A stretch of DNA of 64,000 bases from contig NC_045696.1 in assembly GCF_009834535.1 (NCBI RefSeq), forward strand, positions 80,974,001 through 81,038,000. Reading direction: 5' to 3'. Numbering within the stretch: position 1 is the stretch's first letter; each line of letters opens with the position of its first letter. The DNA is from Camelus ferus. Lineage: Eukaryota. The position numbers and the translations under genes are program-made. The notes under the pieces were generated by a model. It was not told where the DNA came from. It searched no databases and saw only the letters and a program-made list of their open reading frames with translations. Shown in pieces: positions 1 through 12,258 of this stretch.

Positions 1-99
1 GTGTAGTCCGAAGGAGACATTATTTGAAGTGGAAATAGAATTTTGAGGTTATAAAACTCTAAGAATCCTGGTGAGCCCAGGTGCCAGGTATGTTTATTT

Positions 100-690
100 T
101 AGAGAATTTTTATACAGCAGAAAAACTGCAGACTAAAACTAAAATGAGATGCCTTTTTATCCATAAGCTGGCTGAGCTTTTTCAGGAGTTGATAGTACCG
201 GAGATGACTGGGGAGAACACACGTGGTTAATAACCGTATGTGTTGGAACAGCCTCTCTTGAAGTAAATTTCGCATACTGTTTGACCCAGGAATTTTAATT
301 CTTAAATTTCTGCTAGTGAAATAATCATAGAAATGTACAAAGTATTAGATGTGATGAATAAATTATGCATTATAGTATTATTTAAATAATCATGGAAAAC
401 TGGAAGCTACCCAAAAGGTCATAATAAAATAATTGGTTGAATAAAATTTCACATGACAGGAAATTCTACAGTCATTAAAAATGATGATGTAGTGGGGAGG
501 GGATAGCTCTAGTGACAGAGCGCATGCTTAGCACACACGAGGTCCTGGGTTCCATCCCTAGTACCTCCTCCAAGTAGAAATGAATGAATAAACCTAATTA
601 CCTCCCCCTCATACAAAAATGGTGATGTAAACCTATATATTTCAATACAAAGAAGGTGACAATATTATGACCTCCACACTGTTAAATCCA
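100..690 (+). mobile_element. Ancient L1 (L1ME-like) 3' fragment, interrupted by a SINE
   Basis: Degenerate L1M 3' motifs (tttgacccaggaatt, aactggaagctacccaaa, tacagtcattaaaaatgatg) continue on the other side of the SINE. Confidence 0.6.
492..614 (+). mobile_element. Vic-1-type camelid tRNA-derived SINE
   Basis: It has a tRNA-like head with A and B boxes (gatagctctagtgacagagc...gggttccatccc) and the tail aataaacctaattacctccccc. The 15-bp TSD is aaaaatgatgatgta (477-491) / aaaaatggtgatgta (615-629). Confidence 0.88.
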
Positions 691-699
691 GTGGCCAGC

Positions 700-1400
700 T
701 TCTCATCTGAACTGAACACCATTCTCCTTGACGTACTTCGTGTGGTTCCAGGACACTCACCCTCTGGCTTCTCTGCAGCCTCACTGACTGCTCTTTCTCT
801 CCCCTGCTGTCAGGTGCTCTGGTCCCCTTCTCTGTCTGTACTCACTACTTTGGTAAATTCAGTTAAAGTGCTATGGCTTTAGGAATATATATATATATAT
901 AGACAATTCGCAATTGTATCTCCAGCCAAATCTTCTCTACCAAACTCCAGGTTCATGTATCCAGCTGCCCACTTAGCATTGCCACTGGAATATTTAATAG
1001 ATGTCCCAGCAGTTTCAAAATTGAATTCTTGGTCTTCCTCCACAAATGGACTTTACCCACAGCATCCTCCTTCTCAGCTAGTGACAACTACATTCTTCCA
1101 GTTGCTCGAGCCAAAGCCCTTTTAGTCACCCTGATGCCTCATTTTTTCTCACACCCTCTGTCTACTGGATCAATAAAACCTTATGTTTCCACCACCCACG
1201 GCACCATCATCTCCCACCAAGATGACTGCAGTGACTCCAACTGGTGTCCCTGTTTCAGCCCTTACCCTGCACAGTCTGTTCTCAGTACAGCAGCCGTATT
1301 TTAATATGTAAGTCAGATCCTGTCCCTCCCGGCTCCAGTGTCCACAAGACGCCCCAATTTCACTCAATGTAAAAAGCCCAAGTCCTTCAGAGGCCTGTGT
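700..1400 (+). mobile_element. L2 LINE fragment
   Basis: L2 motifs include atccagctgcccacttagcattgccactgga, ccagttgctcgagccaaa and atctcccaccaagatgactgcagtgactccaactgg. It contains an (AT)n run at about 885-901. Confidence 0.8.
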
Positions 1401-2259
1401 CCCCACTTGTATTTCCAACGTAGTACAAGCCTTTTGGGTATTTCTGAGCCTGCCTATGTGAGAAGAGGGCTTTGGCCCCAGTGGTGATTCTAACTCTAGT
1501 AATAGTATGTCTCCAACCTTTGGTTTCCCATTTGCAAAATGCGAATCATGTAGCATCTACATCGCAGGATTAAGATGGAAGTGCTTTTTAACTCTCAGGC
1601 TTTATGTAAGTACAAGAGTCCTTCTGATTTTCAAATATGACCTCTAAAACTCGTCTTGCTTTGCTTGAGAATTTCTTGTCATTTCTGGTCCTCTGTTTAT
1701 ATTTGATCAATTCAGGCAACATCCACTACCTGGCTTCTTTTATGCCAGGTGCTCTGGGGATGTGAGAGGAGCCGGGTCCTCTTCTCTCCAAGAATTTACA
1801 CACTGGAAGTGGGAGACGGGCCTGTTAAAAACAAAAAGTGCGTAAAGCATCGCAAGTGCTCCGATAAGAACGAACCGTAGGAAGCACAGAGTGGGGACAA
1901 AGGAAGAATGTTCAGATCACTCAGAATTGACGGGAAGAAATGGGAGATGGGAGATGGGGGACTCGTGCAAAGTTTTATAGAGGCGATCCTTGGACTGAAC
2001 CTGGATGATGGGAGGTAGGGTTAGGCAAACAGGGAAGGGAAGGAAAAGCCTCCCCGACTACCCCATCACATCCTCTTGAAGCACACCTGGTATTTATCAC
2101 ATTTTAATTAATTCCTTTTGAGAGTATTTATTGTTGATCTCATCCTCCAAATTTAACTCCACCCAGAGAGGCTCCATGTCTTCCATATTCATTTCTGTAC
2201 CCTAGTTCGGCATCGTTCTTGGCCCAAGGGAGGGAAGAGGGAAGGAGGGAAGGTCAAAT

Positions 2260-2472
2260 TATGGTTAAGAGCACAGGTCTGGGAGTCGGGTGGTCCTGGC
2301 TGGAGCCCCAGATCAGAGCTTACCAGCTCTATACCTTGAACCAGTTACTTAACTTCTTTGTGCCTTAGTTCCCTTTGCTGTAAAATGAAAATAATAACAG
2401 ATGCCTCTTCTAAGGTTGTGGAGGATTTCCTGAGATCCTTTTTGGAAAGGGCTCAGCACCTTGGCTGGCACA
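2260..2472 (+). mobile_element. MIR SINE
   Basis: MIR core: gttacttaacttctttgtgccttagttccctttgctgtaaaatg. Confidence 0.8.
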
Positions 2473-2733
2473 TGCTTTGCACACTCATCTTATCCTCCAG
2501 TGTCCTCACCCTCTTAGGCCAAATTACGAGGACTCTCTTAAACAAAATGAGGGTCTTTCTCTGTCCAACAGTTAAAATTTTCAAGCATCATAACAACTTA
2601 GGTTTTTGTTTGTTTTGTTTTGCAGCTTAGATTTTTTTATATAGACATACAGAGACACACACTTAGTCTTAATGGCTTCCTTTGATTTCGTAAAAAAAAA
2701 AAAAAAATTAGACTTCTGTGGCTGAGTGCTTGA

Positions 2734-3021
<288 letters not shown>

Positions 3022-3224
3022 TAATGAGTAAAAAGCCAATACACTTCCAAGTTGTGATAAAATACATATTTGTGGACAATAAAAAAAAATATCAAAAAGT
3101 ACCATGGATTCTGACCTGAGTGGCATTCTAGTCTCCGATTCTGGAATCCTATTATAAGCATCCTCTGCAGGTGGTTACCCAGCCTTTGCGTACATCTAGT
3201 GACAAAGAAAAGAGGCAGATGGGA

Positions 3225-3420
3225 TCAAACAATGAGTCAGACCTGGGTTCAGCCCAACTCATCCAGCTGCTGGTGTTATAACTTTGTGCAGAGGAACTTG
3301 ACATTCTGAGCCTTCCTTTCTTTCCTCACCTATAAATTGGAAGGGATATTCACCAGGTGGTCATGAGGATGGAGAACAGTCTATTAAATGGATTTAGCAC
3401 ATGGTACATAGTAAATGGTA
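3225..3420 (+). mobile_element. MIR SINE
   Basis: Contains gagtcagacctgggttc...ctgagcct...tttcctcacctataaattgg. Confidence 0.65.
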
Positions 3421-3839
3421 TCTCTCCTAACGAAGCTGATTAATAATGAGAAGCTTCCTTTGTTGGACACTTCTGATTTGGGGAAGCTGTTTTAAAACCA
3501 GCTTAGTTTGTTAGGAAGGCCAAATGCATCTCCTGGTTAGTTCTGTCCATGGGTAATGATAACGCTTATACACAAGAGTTAAGAGTTACCCAACCCTGGA
3601 ACAGGTTACAGAATGAAGGGGCCGGCTTTCTGTCATAGAAGATACTCAAGCTGGGATCCATTGACCATCTGTCAGAAACTGGGTAAGACTGGTTCTTCTT
3701 CTGACTTCCAGAGTCTCCTCAGCACAGAAAATGTATCATTTCTAATAGAACATGACAACTGTCTACACAGCCTTATTTCATACTGAGGATTCAAGGCCAT
3801 GATCAAATACATCACGTGCATGGATTCTTTTAAAATGTA

Positions 3840-4150
3840 ATTTTGAGAATGTAGGACACAGCCTTGTTTAGATCCTGGATTGGGGGGATAACAGTGATAG
3901 CAGACGTTTTGGGAATAATCGAGTAAATCTAGATGGTATCTGAAATGATAGGGAATTGATTTTCTGAGGTGTGAGAATGATATCGTGGTTATATAAGCAC
4001 ATGTCCCTATTCCTAAGAAATTATATGCTGGAGTATTCAGGTGTGAAGTATTATGATGTTGAAACTTCTTTTCAATTAGCAAAGTAAGTGTACTATTGAT
4101 AAGTTTAAGTACAGGTACAGATAAGAATTTTTTTCAAAATAAAGTTAGAG
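3840..4150 (+). mobile_element. Old L1 (L1MC-like) 3' UTR fragment in the last PLD1 intron
   Basis: Motifs gatcctggatt, gacgttttgggaataatc and aggtgtgagaatgatatcgtggttat are typical of L1MC 3' ends. Confidence 0.6.
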
Positions 4151-4531
4151 AAAATACAGAATATGACTTTCCTTTAGACCAGAACCTCCAGTGGAATTCA
4201 GGGATGATTATTATCCAAAAAATTAACCTTAATGTGGAGTAACACCAGGGAAATCCCTTCCCACTAGCTAGACTTTACCCTGAGGTCAGTCACTTATGTA
4301 GATAAGATATAGGATCTGTGATTTTTTTTTTTTTTTTTGATGGAAGAGAATCTAGCAGTCTCTTTGTAGCAAAGAAGAGAAACAACCCTTCCATCAGTGT
4401 TGTGCTGTAACATAAAACTAATACATGTTTCATACAACAAAGGTTTTGTCTGTTGGAACGAATACTTTCCACAAAGGGGATATGCTTTCTTTTAAGCTTA
4501 GCACTCAGTTTCCTATTTGCATTTCAATCAG

Positions 4532-4756
4532 GTGTTCCGGTGCCTTCCCAACGATGAAGTACACAATTTAATTCAGCTGAGAGACTTTATAAGCAAGCCC
4601 ATCTTAGCGAAGGAAGATCCCATCAGAGCGGAGGAAGAGCTGAAGAAGATCCGCGGGTTCTTGGTGCAATTCCCACTTTATTTCTTGTCTGAAGAAAACC
4701 TACTGCCTGCGGTTGGAACCAAAGAAGCCATAGTGCCCACGGAGGTTTGGACTTAA
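4532..4756 (+). CDS. PLD1: Phospholipase D1, terminal exon coding part (74 aa + TAA)
   Basis: The acceptor is tcaatcag|GTG. It encodes [19 protein letters not shown]...[14 protein letters not shown], with the EVWT C-terminus typical of PLD1/PLD2 and a PLD1-like sequence overall. Confidence 0.98.
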   Translation: MFRCLPNDEVHNLIQLRDFISKPILAKEDPIRAEEELKKIRGFLVQFPLYFLSEENLLPAVGTKEAIVPTEVWT

Positions 4757-6579
4757 GAGTTATATTTGTTTGCAGCCCAAGGGCTTTACCCTGACGAGTA
4801 CACTGCACACCGTGACTTTCTGGAGACCTAGCAGCCAAAGCCAGACACAGTGCACTCTTGTATCCCACCCTTAGACCCTTTGGATTGGCTGGGAGGGGCT
4901 GCAGTCGTACTGATGTGAGGACAGTGAGCATCAGCAGGGCTCTCCTGCCTGTCCTTGTGAAAAAGGGACTGCATTCTGAGGTGCAGATATCCAACAGGTT
5001 AAACACATACTTAAATTCCACAATGTATGCCAAAGTGCATTTTCTTCACTAACAAGAATTTACCCTAACTGTGAACAACGTTGCCAAACGTTGTCTGAGC
5101 CTCCTTATTTTCCTCTGACCCTCACTCATGCAGCTGAGGTCTGCTGGACCTGCCTTCCTCTCATAGTCCGGACAGGCTCTGGTTTGAGATATCGTTTGTT
5201 GCCAGAAGATGTTCTGATTCTGCCCCAAGTTTCTTCGAGGTGTCACCGGCTGCTCCTTCCCACCTGGTCCTGAAGCAGTAGCATGCCCCCAGCCAAGGAT
5301 GTGCTCTTTCCTCCTTTCCAGTGACCGTAAGGACAGGACAGACCTCAGTCTACACAGCAGCCCGTACAGGGCACTTCTGGTAATACTGACACTGTGCATC
5401 TTGACATCACAGACCAACAGGAAGGAATTAAATTCAGTTATTAAGGCAGAGATTTCGCTTTGCCTCCAAAGGCACTGAGAAGATGTGTCCTTTTGACAGG
5501 GCCCACCTGATCAAATTTGAAAACATATGTAGGCGATCTGATTACTCAGCAACGGATAAAACTCAAAGATGGAGCATGCAGCCTTCAGAAACCGCCAACA
5601 TGTCAGTGGGGATCTGATCCAGATAAGATTTCTTATAGTCCTATAAAATTTCCTGTCATTCTTAGCTGCTGGATTGATGGAAATTGGAATTTCTACATTT
5701 CAAAATCAAACCAGTGGATACAGCTTGTCTTTTAATAGAATCAGAGGCTTCATAACTTGTACCAAGTTAATGAGTATAAGCCTCACCTCACGTGACATTC
5801 AGCACTCCAGCTATGTTACCATCTTTAAGAAAAATTAACTGCAAAATACATGCTACTTCGCTTGCATTATTAAATATGCATTAACATTCCACCAGGCCTT
5901 CCAAAGAGGTTAGGATTATTTATTCTCATTATCCTAGTCTGTCCTAGAATTGCTCTGGGAACCCATTTTTTCCTTTTTGGATGTTAACATACCCTTTGGT
6001 ACACTATAGCTCCATTTTTATTAAGCAGAACTCTTCTTACGGCCTGAAAAATTAATGTGGGTTCCTAAAAGGCCTGAGCCCGTAAAGCGTGGTGTAGGTG
6101 CAGTGACAACACGTCTGTGGATTATCTGGACAGGATCTCATCCAAAGAAGCAAGGACCCAATCCCTGTTCTGGTAGAGCTGATAGTCCAGGGGACAAGGT
6201 CAGACAGGAGCACAAGGTCAGTATCTGGGTTAGCAGGAGAGAGACAGTGCCACGCCCAGGGGAGGGTTTTACAAATGAGGTGGGATTATGTAACCGACAG
6301 TGCAAATGAAAATGCTTTTCTAATGTCTGAAGACGGTAAAATGACTTCATTGTGTAGCAGTTGTAAATAAGGCGTTTGCTACTTACGAAGTTTAGAGTGG
6401 CATTTAAAGTGCTGAATGCATGTGGAATACCTTAGAGTTTCTTATATTTTCTTTTTAAGTATTTTTTAAAATGTAGAACAGTCAACAAATGGCTTTTGAT
6501 TTTGTGCAAATGCTTCCATAAAACCATGAGAATTAAAGCCTGAAAGGACCCTTTCTCTTTAAAAAAAAAACACTTACCC

Positions 6580-6665
6580 CATCTTCTCCCCATTTTATAG
6601 ATGAGAAACTGAGACCCAGGTTAGTTGAAGGAATCACTGTAGTTCACCCATTAGGACAAGTGACA
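6580..6665 (-). mobile_element. MIR core in the PLD1 3' region
   Basis: Contains ccccattttatagatgagaaactgagaccca. Confidence 0.7.
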
Positions 6666-6779
6666 TTGCAGTCCATTACTGGCCTTTCGGGTCACTCACC
6701 ACTGCCCCCAAATGAGGAGATGCACTAAACAGATTTCAGACAGGATGTCTCTAAGCTGTTTTGATCCCTGTGATACTAT

Positions 6780-6930
6780 GTACTTATGTGCTTGTCTGTC
6801 TCACCATATTAGAATGTAAGCTCCACTGGGCAGGGACTTCCCTGTATTTTGTTCATAGTGTATACCCTGAGTCTGGAACAGTGCCTGGAACAGAAGAGGT
6901 GCTCAGTATGTGTTTGTCGAATGAATAAAG
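6780..6930 (+). mobile_element. L2 3' end
   Basis: Contains tagaatgtaagctcc...aacagtgcctggaacagaagaggtgctcagtatgtgtttgtcgaatgaat. Confidence 0.8.
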
Positions 6931-9047
6931 GAGGTGGAGGAGAGTTAATGAAACGAAAAACTTACGGAGTCTCAGACAAGAAATCTTCCTGCTGGCTTCT
7001 GTAGCAAGTTGCTTTTCTACTGCATCTTCTCAAAGGCAAGATGCTCATCTGCAAAGATGAGAGACTACAAGATTTATTTGGGTGGATTTTATGGAAAATT
7101 CAGTGCAGTAATTGCCTGTTTTGCAAGAGCAGTTTAAGTAGTACAACATTCTGCAAAAAATTGCTTGGACTGTGGACACAAGATGTACAGTATGGCCTAA
7201 TTACCCATTGTTCTTTGACATCCTTACTACCCAATAGACGTTCAAATAATTTACCTTTAACATTGCAATGTCTGATACAGGCTTTAAAATGCAAGTGACT
7301 CAGGGTCTTGAAAAGCTGTTACTGAATCTGTTCAACATTTTAAACTGTCTATAATTTTTTGAAATGCTGATAAGTGTTGTACCTGACACTCTGATAATCT
7401 CTCTAATAATTTTTGTTTTCAAGAAGGAAAAGTTTTATGATTATAAGAAGTGAAAAGTAGGAAGTGGCCATGGCCCATTAAAGCCTTTCAGGTTAGCCAA
7501 GCTTAGTCGTTGGAGGGCACTCAACACAGCAGGGCTGGTGCAGGCATTTGCTCTGTAGCAACTGTCCACTCGGTGACTCACCTCTCAGTGGGGTGGTCTT
7601 AATTCTCAGTTGTCATGCATCACAGAGAGCCTTGGAGAGCTGGTTATTAGATAATTGAGTGGCAATTGTAAAATAACATAGTGGATTTCTTTTAATAGCA
7701 CCTTAAGAAGAAAATTTTGCCTGTAAGTAATCAAAAACATGAGCAGTTAATCTCTTAGGTAATAACTTGGGGAACTATAATAGATCATGAATTAACAGCT
7801 TTCCCGAGGAAAACAGCAAGCCAGGAAGTCTTTTTGCAGATGTAAGAACAGATTTTATGTTTCTCTTGAAGACTCTGCGCTTCTTCCTGCCTCGCCTCAT
7901 GCCTTATTCCTTCAGCCTCTGTCCCCAACCGGAGCCCTCCTGTATCGTGAAAACCATTTTACAGGACAAGAAAAAGCTTTCTGGGAAAAAAACAACATGA
8001 GACCTCAATAACAAATCTTCAGTTTAACTCCCACTTTTAAGGGACTGACAAAATATTATTTTTTAACGGAGGTAATCATTCTTTTTAAGATCTCGGCTCT
8101 GATGGAGCATTTGAGCATTTTCAGATGCCTGCCACTCTCCACAGGAGGGCTAAGGAGGGCCCTTCATGTCTTCTCATCCCTCTCCGTTCTCTCTTGTATA
8201 AAATGAGCAAACCCTAAAGGGTGTCAAGTGTGCTTAGGAATATATTTTTACTTCCTTGGAGGATCCTCTGAAACCAATTATTACTGGCATTTTGGAAGTT
8301 TAAAATGCGTTTTATCAGGCATAGGCCTTGAGACATTCTTGAATCTAGAAATTCACTGGTGAAGGAATCCATCGGCATCTGTCCAGAAGTTGCAGGTGAA
8401 GAATCAATGGATCTGCATTATGTCTGGGGGGGCTGCCCTACACGTACCAAATATGATTCCTAACGGCATTTAATTCACATGTGAAAGATTCCTGGCTTTG
8501 ACTTGAGGTTGAAAGGATTCATTCAAGGAACCAAAAATTCTGTGACAGTTTCTTATAGGTTATTTCATTTTTTCTTTATGCAATTTTTTTCTTTATACCA
8601 GTTTAAATTTTTAACTTAAAAAGTAATCAAAGTAAGACAAATGAAAATTTGTCACACTAATTATTGTAAACCTCCAAGGTGTTTAAGTCAGGGACTGGGA
8701 TGGCAGTGCAACCAAAACGCAAGCTTACTCTTTCCTGCTCCCCAGTAGCTTAATTGCTCGCTTTATTCTAGATAAATGCGCTGAAGTGAATGTCCGCCTG
8801 GTTCTGCTTGACACTGGGAATTGTTAACACCACGCTTTCCTAATGTATTTTCCACTTGGATTCTTCACATGAAATGGTCTAAGTCACAGGTACTGATATT
8901 CTCCTAAACCATTCTAAAAATTCATACCAAAGTATTGCAGTTGGAGCACGTGTCTCCGACACAAAAACCAAATACTTGGTGATGGACATCCATTCAGAAT
9001 GTCCAGATGTTCTGGACAGAACTCAGGCTCCCAGCCTCACACTTTAT

Positions 9048-9202
9048 GGCCAGCTTTGGGAAACTAAGGCTGGGCCTCCTGGCTTTGTAAATAAAGGTTT
9101 TTTTAAATGCAGCCATGTCCATTTGTTTACAGGTCTCATGACCAAATGATCTGCAAATCGGAAACTACTTGCCATCCTTAAGAAACGCTTACTGATCCTT
9201 CC
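9048..9202. mobile_element. MER58-like hAT-Charlie fragment
   Basis: tttgtaaataaaggtttt...cagccatgtccatttgtttac resembles MER58A. Confidence 0.55.
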
Positions 9203-10009
9203 TCTAGAGGAAGCAGAGAATCTTCAGTTAGAGCACTTCAGCTCTAACTGTTGGGTGAGTTTTAATCTCCATAAGCAAGGTTTTTAACTCTCCCTATTCC
9301 AGAGCCCAGCATCCTGCAATAGATTTATTCTAACAAGGTCAGGTCCTTTCAGGAATGAAAATCACATGGTTTTTGGTTCCGAAAGAGTTATTGTCAGCTA
9401 ACAAGGCAGGCTTCTCCCAGCTGAGCACTCATAACCAGCACGTCTGATAATGTTTGTAACTAAAGTGTTAAATGAGAATGGGCAGGCCTAACGGTTTGTA
9501 TCCAGAATGAGAACTGTGAATGCAAGAAACTCAGTCTCTCTGAATTTTCCTTCCATCAAGACTTGGAAAGGATACCTGTATCCGTTCTCTGCCTCACAGT
9601 CAATGCTTTCTATGCCTGGTCCTTTTACTGCTTTTTTTAAATGTAAATGTTCATTAATTAAACAATTAAAAGTGTGAAATCAGTCTCTCTTTGAAAACAA
9701 GAGTCCTCATTCTGCACAAGGGGTTTTTAGCGCCTGGGTGCTGGAGGTCTGAGCTCACACAGATGTGTGTGTTTGTGGGGCAGGTGTCAGAGTCCCAGAG
9801 TCCCCTGCTGCCACAGTCCTCTCACAAACTTAACGCACACGTCTCAGCAGCACCCAGAGAGAGAGAAGCCCCCCTGTGCCCCCTCCTCTTCCAGTCACTC
9901 CCTGTGCCCTGAAGGGCAATCACTTTCCAGAATTCTTGAAACTAAGATCAGTTTTGCCTATTTTTCTACCTCTGGCTTTTTCAGCAAGGACACCTTCAGC
10001 CTTTATCTC

Positions 10010-10565
10010 GACTAGGCGTCCCTGAAGCTTCTCTGGCTTCCGGGTGACTGCTTACATTCTAGAATCATCGTGGGCTCTGTTTCTCCACGTCACCTCTTCA
10101 GGCTCCCTCTGGCTCGTTCTCCGCATTCTACACGATACTCGGCTCCCACGGCTTCACTGCTGTCCACGTGCTCACCTGCAGCCCAGGTCTCCCTCCTAAG
10201 CGCCAGACACACTAGGTATCTGAGCAAAAGATACCTGACCTTGCTTTTCCCACATGCACCTCAGACTCAGCAGGGCAGCCTACCCAAAACGGCAGCCGTC
10301 AGCAGGCCTCCCAGACGCTCCCCCCCAGCAGAATTAGGGAACAGCCCCACTGTCCACCAGCTGCTGGCCTGGAGAGAGAATTCTCATCCTTGATTCCTCC
10401 CTTTCTCTCACCCTCCCCAGCCAGTCAGCCACCAAGCCTGCGAACACCGCTACTAAATGGCTCCCAGGTGCAGTCACTCATTTCTATCCCAGAGCTACTT
10501 TCTACTCTGCCTAGTCCATCACCTCACGTGGATTAACTAGTTTCACTGTCAGGTCTAGTCCCTCC
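10010..10565 (+). mobile_element. Degenerate L2 fragment
   Basis: L2-like motifs such as catccttgattcctccctttctctcacc...cagtcagccaccaagcctg. Confidence 0.6.
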
Positions 10566-10574
10566 CAAATCAGG

Positions 10575-10616
10575 GTTTTTGTTTTTGTTTTTGTTTTTGT
10601 TTTTGTTTTTGTTTTG
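10575..10616. repeat. (GTTTTT)n hexanucleotide microsatellite
   Basis: Six perfect GTTTTT units followed by GTTTTG. Confidence 0.95.
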
Positions 10617-10732
10617 AGAAGTCATTTGGCTCCATTTCAGTTTGAATTTCCAAATATTGTGGATTCTGAAGGCTTGCCAGCTGGGAGCATGGCCTCCACT
10701 GAACTGAGAGGTTGCAGCCTGCACGTCCCAGC

Positions 10733-10751
10733 TGGCCAGCAGGTGGCGCCA
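10733..10751 (+). promoter_or_regulatory. Candidate CTCF binding site
   Basis: TGGCCAGCAGGTGGCGCCA fits the CTCF core consensus, and an upstream CTGCACGTCCC resembles the zinc-finger 9-11 upstream motif. Confidence 0.7.
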
Positions 10752-11284
10752 AGTCCCCCCTCTGACCCTCAAGGTACACGTATTTCACTGATGGACTTGG
10801 CTCCTGTGGGAACTTAGGCTCCTGGTGCTGCTGATAAAGGCTAGGTCTCTTCAGGATCCACTATGGTTTCAGCTTTGGGACAACGCTCGGCCAAGCCCCT
10901 GGGGGCAGGAGCCAGCTGTCTTCAGGAACCACCAGGAAGCACCACCGCATGAGAAACAGGTGAGGAAAATGTGGAGAGAAGTTTCCTGTGTGTGGCTTGC
11001 GGCTAAGGGGTTCCTTACAGTTAGAGATAATTTTTAAGTGCAGATCTCATCATGTCTCTCCCAGCTTAAATCCCTTTAAAAGCCTTTGTTTTTTTAGGGT
11101 AAAGTCCTAATAAGGTTTTATAAGGCTCTTTCTGGACCGACTCCTCCTTAACCCTCCAGCTAAATCACTCCCAGCTGCCACTCTTCTTTTCCATAATCCT
11201 CAGTTTAGCTGCTCTGTCGGCCTTGCCAAGGAAAATTGTGTTTGCTACACATCTTAGCATTTGACTACATTCTGCATGACACGA

Positions 11285-11418
11285 TACTTAGGTTCCCCCC
11301 AAAAGAAAACCCGGAGACAAAGACTTGGACACAGGTAGTCTAATTAGGACTCAGGAAGCGCCTGGGACAGAGTCAGTAAAGACAAGGAAGGGTGAAGCCA
11401 ATAAAGATTACCTTAAAG
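11285..11418 (-). mobile_element. ERVL LTR (LTR33-like) fragment, interrupted by insertions
   Basis: Contains cttaggttcccccc...ccggagacaaagac...gaagccaataaag. The sequence resumes as gtcaccactg after 12171. Confidence 0.55.
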
Positions 11419-11659
11419 AGCAACACCAAGCATCACATTTGAAGACTAAAGTGTCATCAGAAATGACCATAAAAGAAATGATGAGGTGGCTCCACGGTGT
11501 TGGGCATAGGAGCGTAAAGTACTGGAAGCAGACGGCCTGAGTTTAGCTCTCAGCTTTACTAGTGCTCTTTTTGTCTCGCTTTCTTCATCTGTAAAATGGG
11601 GAGAATGATGGTCACAGAGGGAACGGAGATAAGTCATGGACATGGGATGTACAGCATGA

Positions 11660-11900
11660 TGACCATAGGCAGTGATACTGTACAGCATGTTTGAAAGCTG
11701 CTACGAGAGGAGACCTTAAAAGTTCTCATCACAAGAAAAACATTGTAGCTATGTATAGGGACAGATATTTAGACTTTTTTTTATTTAGACTTATGGTGAT
11801 TATTTTGCAGTATATACAAATACTGAATCATTATGTTGTACACCTGAAACTGGTATGTTATATGTCAATTTTACCTTAATTTTTTTTAAAAAAGGGAGGA
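11660..11900 (+). mobile_element. L1 3' end (L1MA9/laurasiatherian-type)
   Basis: Contains ttgaaagctgctacgagaggagaccttaaaagttctcatcacaagaaaaa...tgaatcattatgttgtacacctgaaac, closely matching the 3' end of the L1 at 33100-33295. Confidence 0.85.
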
Positions 11901-11924
11901 AAATATTACCTTAAAGGAGTCACC

Positions 11925-12170
11925 CATCTTACGTTTGGGGATTTACAGATACTAGCTACTATATAAAAAATAAAAAACAGGTCCTACAGTTTAGCACAGG
12001 GAACTATATTCAGTACCTTGTAATGACCTATAATGAAAAAGAATATATGTGTGTGTGTGTATACATGTGAATCACTATGCTGTACACCAGAGACTAACCC
12101 AACATTGTAAATCGACTATACTTCAATTAAAAAAAAAGAATTAAAGAAAGGTATTCAAACAAACAAACAA
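11925..12170 (+). mobile_element. Artiodactyl/camelid L1 3' end
   Basis: Contains gtcctacagtttagcacagggaactatattcag...aacattgtaaatcgactatacttcaatt plus an A-rich tail. The TSD is aaaggagtcacc (11913-11924) / aaagaagtcacc (12171-12182). Confidence 0.88.
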
Positions 12171-12194
12171 AAAGAAGTCACCACTGCTTATCCC

Positions 12195-12258
12195 TTGGCA
12201 CCATCATAAAGTTGAAAAATGCAAGTCAAATCATCACAAGTCAGGGACCATGTGTGTA
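12195..12258. mobile_element. Tigger/MER47-like terminal fragment
   Basis: Contains ccatcataaagttgaaaaatgcaagtcaaatcatcacaagtcagggaccatgtg. Confidence 0.5.

Larger units (their letters stand above)
4757..9690 (+). other. PLD1: PLD1 3' UTR; maximal extent shown, true end uncertain
   Basis: It follows the stop codon. Candidate poly(A) signals are ATTAAA at 5427, 5869, 6532, 7477, 9657 and 9665, and AATAAA at 6924 and 9089 (both inside repeats). Confidence 0.5.

Noticed and set aside
4248..4257. Isolated kB consensus matches (GGGAAATCCC here; also 6833 and 19346)
   Set aside because: Single degenerate 10-mers are expected by chance in 64 kb and have no supporting context.
8332..8463. Short stop-free frame (DILESRNSLVKESIG...) as an extra PLD1 exon
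   Set aside because: An in-frame stop precedes it, it has no recognisable homology, and it lies downstream of the normal stop codon.
10533..10788. ORFs with KNKNKN / QKQKQK repeats
   Set aside because: These are translations of the (GTTTTT)n microsatellite.
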